Shown here: positions 57,385 through 64,000 of the stretch, one piece after another
Numbering within the stretch: the first letter of the stretch is position 1
Layout of the letters: every line of letters begins with the position of its first letter
Source: Planctomycetota bacterium
Lineage (GTDB): Bacteria > Planctomycetota > UBA8108 > SXIK01
Assembly (NCBI GenBank): GCA_965223845.1
Contig: CBDCXR010000004.1
Span: 512,001-576,000 of the forward strand
Reading direction: 5' to 3'
DNA: 64,000 nucleotides
Position numbers and translations under genes: made by a program
The notes under the pieces: model-generated
What the model was told of the DNA's origin: nothing
Database searches by the model: none
What the model saw: the letters and a program-made list of their open reading frames with translations, nothing else

Positions 57385-58968
57385 TCATTTTCGGAGCGCG
57401 TGAATGGGGCAAATGGGTCTGTTACAGCGGCGCAAGTCCCTTCGAAGTGCCAACTCGTGGATAAACATCGGGTGGACCAAGAGTTCGTCGTCTTCGTTGA
57501 CGCGAAGGTGTCCGTCGACGTTGGGCTCGAAGGCAGCCACGTTATAGTGGCCATCTTCGTCGAGGCCATGATCGGATACCTTTCTGCCAAACACTCCAAT
57601 CTCGAACAGCATCTTTTCCAGCCACGATCCACTCGTGGTGTCGCTTGCGGATCTGAACTTCTTCGAAAGTGCTTGCAGATCCTTGAGTCGTATTTTCATG
57701 TGTAGTCCGCGAAGGTGCTCTTGACAGATAGCTTCCGCGAGAGGAAATGTGAACTTAAATACCCCTAGGACTCCTCTGACGAATTGGCGCTCGGCGTTCT
57801 CGACACCTCGTCCGATGCTCTCGGGGGTTGCGATCCCGTTCGGAAACGATCCATTAGACGCTTTTGCTACTTCGTTGCAAGCCATGATGACCTGTCGTGG
57901 AGTGAGTTGGGTATGTCGCAAGATATATGTGAATGACTCCTCCGATATGTTTGCGAAGACGCGGTTTTGCACCCTCTCCGGAAAGTGCTTCAGCCATAGT
58001 TCGTTGGCTGCCTCCGGGGTGCTATAGTCGTCGAGGCGGATTGTCTCTCCGATTCGATCCGACAGGAAAAGGTAGAACGCCAACCGGCGCGCGATCAGGA
58101 TTCTCAGCTCTCGTGCCGTCCACCGCAAGGTGCACAGTCGGGGGTACGTTTTTTCCCAGTTTGTTACATATTTGTAACACTGGCTGAAGTACTCACTGGG
58201 AACAAAGCACTTCACTATGATTTCTGCTGTGGGTTGAAAATCTGCTGCGGAAAGAAGTATCGATCCGAAGATCCTCTGTCGCTTTGCTGTCTTGAGCGGG
58301 TATTCTTCCAGGTTGTCGATGAGGATTACGAGCGACTTGTCTGAGAGGAACTCGGCAGCCTGTTCTTTTGCGTCCTTCAGACTCCCGCGGTTCAGGTCCA
58401 TCAGGGCCGAAATGACGCCAGCTGTTGAGGCGAGCTTGCCGGGTGGGATGTTATCTTGAACGGCGGAGAGTATTCCTTCGAGAATGCTCTTTTCTCCGGT
58501 TCGAGTGCGCTGGAGGAACGTCCGAATCTTGTCGAGTTTTCCTTCAGTGTGTTTGTTCAGCTTGCGAAAAACTAACACCCAAAAATAATTGTAACATTCG
58601 CTCTTGTAAATCTCGATCGGCCCCGGCTTTGATTCGTCGGGTTCTTGGATTGAGGCATCGATCCACTTGGCTAGTTCTTCTTTGCGGCAGACGATTTTGA
58701 AGTCGTAGCGGTCTCCGAGGCGAATCGCTTTTATTAGTGCCGATTTGCCGCTCCCTCTGCGTCCCATGATTAGGCGGTAGTCTGGATGGCTTGCCTGATC
58801 GAAGGAGGAGCAGGGGCTATAGACGTACTTGAATGCGGTCTCGAGTTCGCTCCCGCTCGCAGCTTTGCCGAACGGCAGGTTGTCAGAGGGCGGGTCTAGC
58901 AGGTGCTGGATCTCGCCGCGAGATATTACGTGGTCGGGTACGTAAGGGGAGTTCATGCGTGGGGCCAT
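57385..58968 (-). CDS. FunZ/Sll1717-family P-loop ATPase
   Basis: Walker A GRRGSGKS; Walker B VILIDNLEE; HTQLTPRQVI, LFEIGVFG and VHPMF motifs. Confidence 0.85.
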   Translation of the reverse strand: MAPRMNSPYVPDHVISRGEIQHLLDPPSDNLPFGKAASGSELETAFKYVYSPCSSFDQASHPDYRLIMGRRGSGKSALIKAIRLGDRYDFKIVCRKEELAKWIDASIQEPDESKPGPIEIYKSECYNYFWVLVFRKLNKHTEGKLDKIRTFLQRTRTGEKSILEGILSAVQDNIPPGKLASTAGVISALMDLNRGSLKDAKEQAAEFLSDKSLVILIDNLEEYPLKTAKRQRIFGSILLSAADFQPTAEIIVKCFVPSEYFSQCYKYVTNWEKTYPRLCTLRWTARELRILIARRLAFYLFLSDRIGETIRLDDYSTPEAANELWLKHFPERVQNRVFANISEESFTYILRHTQLTPRQVIMACNEVAKASNGSFPNGIATPESIGRGVENAERQFVRGVLGVFKFTFPLAEAICQEHLRGLHMKIRLKDLQALSKKFRSASDTTSGSWLEKMLFEIGVFGRKVSDHGLDEDGHYNVAAFEPNVDGHLRVNEDDELLVHPMFIHELALRRDLRRCNRPICPIHALRK

Positions 58969-59205
58969 CGGTGGTGGGGTTGTCTCGCGTGGTTTAGGCG
59001 CTCTTTGGATTTCATGAAGGGAGGCCTCGCGCCGCGCTGTGCGCGAGATTGATTCGGGTAATCAGAGTAGGCGGTGCGAGGGGCGGAGGTCAACGAGCGC
59101 GTTTTCACAGGGGGTTTTTGGTAAACGCTGGTCGAGTCTGGTGTGGGGAGGGTCGAGCAGGTCTTTCTTCGGATTGCGTGGCAGAGGGGGGTTTTTCGAC
59201 GCAGC

Positions 59206-59225
59206 CGGTTACTATGCGGTTACTA
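59206..59225. repeat. Direct repeat CGGTTACTA x2 with 11-bp period, resembling integrase arm-type sites
   Basis: Identical 9-mers at 59206-59214 and 59217-59225. Confidence 0.6.
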
Positions 59226-59264
59226 AAACAAAAAAGGACTCACGGCCCACGGCCGTAAGTCCTT
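59225..59264 (-). terminator. Intrinsic terminator-like hairpin downstream of tRNA-Lys
   Basis: Minus strand AAGGACTTACGGCC-GTG-GGCCGTGAGTCCTT followed by TTTTGTTTT. Confidence 0.8.
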
Positions 59265-59272
59265 GTCGTTTC

Positions 59273-59348
59273 TGGTGCGCCCTCAGGGATTCGAACCCCG
59301 GACCCGCTGATTAAGAGTCAGCTGCTCTGCCGACTGAGCTAAGGGCGC
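59273..59348 (-). tRNA. tRNA-Lys (CTT)
   Basis: GCGCCCT acceptor stem; CTGACT-CTT-AATCAG anticodon arm; GTTCGAATC T loop; encoded CCA; 76 nt. Confidence 0.97.
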
Positions 59349-59526
59349 AGAGAGTTTTGTCACGTCGCCGACCGCGCCGCGGCAGCGAGTGCGCCGATGT
59401 ATAACGGCGCGCCACCCGAGTCAAGACCTTCGGTCGGAGCGCGCGGGCGACTTGCCGGGGCGCGATTCCGGGATGGCTTCGCGCGCTGGCGCGCGGCCCG
59501 CTTGCCCGGCGAAGAAGAGAGAAAAA

Positions 59527-59603
59527 TGGCGCGCCCGGCACGACTCGAACGTGCAACCAATGGTTTCGAAGACCACTACTCTATCCAATTGAGCTACGGG
59601 CGC
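59527..59603 (-). tRNA. tRNA-Arg (TCG)
   Basis: GCGCCCG acceptor stem; GTGGT-CT-TCG-AA-ACCAT anticodon arm; GTTCGAGTC T loop; encoded CCA; 77 nt. Confidence 0.96.
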
Positions 59604-59980
59604 GCGGGTGAGGTCGCTCGCGGGGGAGCCCGAAATCCGGGCTGCGTGGTCGATCGGCAGGCCGGTCGAATCCGTAATCGCGGGCAGGGCGGGTCGGGCC
59701 GAGGAGCAGCAGCGCCTCGCTCGTCCTGACGCGCGGCCGGATTATGCCCGAAGCGGGTTCGCTCCCGCAAGCCACAAGAAACGGCGGCATCGGCGGTTGC
59801 GGCGAGCGCTCTCGGTCGCGACCGACCGCCGGGAACCGATTCGGCGTCCGGACGTCCGCCCCGGTGCCGATACGGACTGCGGAAACTCGCGCCAAATGCC
59901 GAAAAAGAAGTGCGTGACCCAGAGACCTCCGCGGACTCGTGTCCGCGGTCGACCGCGCCAGAGGGGACCCCGGAACCGAA

Positions 59981-60526
59981 ATGGACGCACCACAGACGCC
60001 GTTCGATCTCCCTTCGCTCGACGACGAATTTCACGAGCTCGTCGGGAGCCTGATTCAGACCCTCCAGGAGGAAAGCCGCCAACACCAGCGATTCCTCCGC
60101 GTCGTCCGGTCGAAGCGCGCGGCGATGAGCGAGCCGGACGGGCAAAACCTCGAGACGATCCTCCGCACCGAGAAAGAGGTGCTCGCCGATTGTGTCACGA
60201 TCGAGCGCGACCGCCTCGCGATCCTCCTCGCGCTGGGCGAGCGGGTCGGGGGCGAGTCCGGCAAGCCGCGCCGACTCCGGATCGCCGAGCTGGTGAGCTA
60301 CACCCATCCCGAGGACCGCGACGAGCTCCTCGACCTCCGCGACGAGATCCGCGATGTCGCCGACGAGCTCGAGGATCTCACGTCCGGAGGGTCGTTCAGC
60401 CGCCACGCGTCGGGAAACATGCGTCTCTACTTGCGTGAGGATCGCTGGGGCGACCGCGGAGGGGAGGCGATCGACGAGGACGGCACGGTCTCTTGGGAGG
60501 AGTACTCCCAGACCGAGGAGACCTGA
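59981..60526 (+). CDS. FlgN-like helical chaperone
   Basis: L..E......L......K...L....LE..R...L..L....L..L...L helical pattern typical of FlgN. Confidence 0.65.
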   Translation: MDAPQTPFDLPSLDDEFHELVGSLIQTLQEESRQHQRFLRVVRSKRAAMSEPDGQNLETILRTEKEVLADCVTIERDRLAILLALGERVGGESGKPRRLRIAELVSYTHPEDRDELLDLRDEIRDVADELEDLTSGGSFSRHASGNMRLYLREDRWGDRGGEAIDEDGTVSWEEYSQTEET

Positions 60527-60866
60527 GCGTGGAGCTCTCCCCGCACGGGCGAGCGCCTTCACCGACCGATCCGGGTGCCCCGGAGAGATCGCGCCGATTA
60601 GGCGGATTGTTAGGGCGTGGAGCGGCCGAGATCGCCGCGCTTCCGCTGCGGTTCGTCGCTTTCGAGCAGACCGCACCACGGGCTTGTTTCGCATCCGAAT
60701 CCCAGTACAATCCCCGGCTCGAAACTGGCCGGATGTCCGACACATCGCCATCGCGACTCCTTCGCGGTGCGACGGGCACCGAGCGTTCTCGCTCCGTGCG
60801 AAACTGGTCCGCGCGGAGCACTCGAAAGCGAACGCCCGCCGCTCACGAGATCTCGCTCGCCTCGCG

Positions 60867-61352
60867 ATGAAGTACAAACTCTTCGTCTTCGATCTCGACG
60901 AAACCCTTTGGTCCGTATCCGAGGGGCTGTGCACCCTCGTCCGCCCGCCGTTCAGCTTTCCGAGTCCGGACCGGATCGAGAGCGAAGAGGGGTTTTGGAT
61001 CGAGCTCAAGCCGGGCGTCCGCGACCTCTTCAAGTTCCTGAAGAAGCAGGGCTGCTACGTCTCTCTCGCGAGCCGAAACGACGCGAAGCCGACCCTCGAG
61101 ATTCTCGAGGCGTTCAAGCTCGCCGAGATCCTCGACTTCCCGCAGCTTTCGTGGCGCGCGAAGGAGGAGTCGATCTCGCGCATCCTGAAGGACATTCAGA
61201 AGCGCGACAAGGTCGTGATCCGGCCCGACGAAGTCTTCTTCCTCGACGACTGGCCCGAGAACGTCCAGCCGGTCCGCGATTGGGGGGCGACCGCGCTTCT
61301 CTTTGGCCAGGACGTGCAGAGCTTCGACGAGCTCCGCGCGATGCTGAAGTAG
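60867..61352 (+). CDS. Magnesium-dependent phosphatase-1 (HAD IIIC)
   Basis: FDLDETLW, LASRN, K and FFLDD motifs. Confidence 0.88.
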   Translation: MKYKLFVFDLDETLWSVSEGLCTLVRPPFSFPSPDRIESEEGFWIELKPGVRDLFKFLKKQGCYVSLASRNDAKPTLEILEAFKLAEILDFPQLSWRAKEESISRILKDIQKRDKVVIRPDEVFFLDDWPENVQPVRDWGATALLFGQDVQSFDELRAMLK

Positions 61353-61419
61353 AGCGAGCGCGGTCCGCGGCGGGCGAATCCGCGATTGCCTTCGGGCCGC
61401 ACGCCGCTATCGTAGGGGC

Positions 61420-61608
61420 ATGCAGATGCTCGGTCGCGGCCTTCAGATGTTCGGCCTCGTCGTCGTTCCGATGGCGCTCATCTACTATTTTTCGAATCGC
61501 GGACGCGAGACCGAAGCGAAGCTCATGTTCGGCGAGTTGACGATCCTCGCGCTCGGCGCGGCGAGCTTCTGGATCGGCCACATCATCCAGGGGCGAAACG
61601 GCGAGTGA
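61420..61608 (+). CDS. Small two-TM membrane protein
   Basis: 62 aa with two hydrophobic helices; GGGG RBS-like sequence. Confidence 0.7.
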   Translation: MQMLGRGLQMFGLVVVPMALIYYFSNRGRETEAKLMFGELTILALGAASFWIGHIIQGRNGE

Positions 61609-61673
61609 GCCTCGCGTCTCGGCCCACCCGAAGTGACGAGTCCCGCGGCCGGGCGCGACGAACGGGGAGACCG

Positions 61674-63859
<2,186 letters not shown>

Positions 63860-64000
63860 TCGCCGCCGGGCCGGTGAGATCTCCGGGTGACTCCGCTCGG
63901 TGTGCACGGTAGAATGCGCCGTTTCCGCTCGCGCGGCGCCGAGACGGAACCGAGGACGTCGAACTTTCAGGACTGAGATCGATGCACCAGCTCATACCGG

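Larger units (their letters stand above)
55416..59272. mobile_element. Degenerate genomic islet at the tRNA-Lys 3' end (no integrase)
   Basis: Visibly lower GC and different codon usage at ~56030-59000; abuts the tRNA 3' end; tandem 9-bp repeats; truncated ORF on the left. Left boundary is approximate. Confidence 0.6.

Noticed and set aside
57008-57412. 134-aa minus-strand ORF between the ATPase and AlbA_2 genes
   Set aside because: S/R/P-rich and not protein-like despite an ATGA overlap; left uncalled.
55416-59272. Intact prophage or ICE
   Set aside because: No integrase, structural or conjugation genes, and no second att copy seen.
63982-64000. Possible yajC start after tgt
   Set aside because: Only six codons are visible, so it cannot be supported.

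Overview
High-GC bacterial chromosomal window, most likely from a planctomycete. This is inferred from several secreted lamin-tail, CotH and lysyl-oxidase proteins ending in a Cys-containing dockerin-like module, and from a DUF1800/DUF1501 pair. Housekeeping content: a ubiE-unknown-ubiX-ubiA quinone cluster, murQ, tatD, an HDAC-family deacetylase, an aldo/keto reductase, an enolase-superfamily enzyme, a GH97 glycosidase, a rhodanese-TauE-persulfide dioxygenase operon, tRNA-Lys(CTT), tRNA-Arg(TCG), an MDP-1 phosphatase, ruvB and tgt. Signals most worth following up: (1) a perfect sigma-54 promoter at 28646-28661 with no credible ORF downstream, only a ~115-nt CU-rich, anti-SD-like tract closed by a GNRA hairpin (candidate new sRNA); (2) a membrane pseudokinase lacking the N-lobe, with a 197-aa (WGD6SSD5)n tail; (3) a spacer-less 17-bp x14 tandem array whose first unit supplies the upstream gene's stop codon; (4) a lower-GC, integrase-less islet at the tRNA-Lys 3' end carrying a FunZ/Sll1717-type ATPase and an AlbA_2 protein (candidate defence module); (5) a recurring intergenic TAA-N19-TTR motif. 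All family assignments come from motif recognition by eye; no database searches were run.
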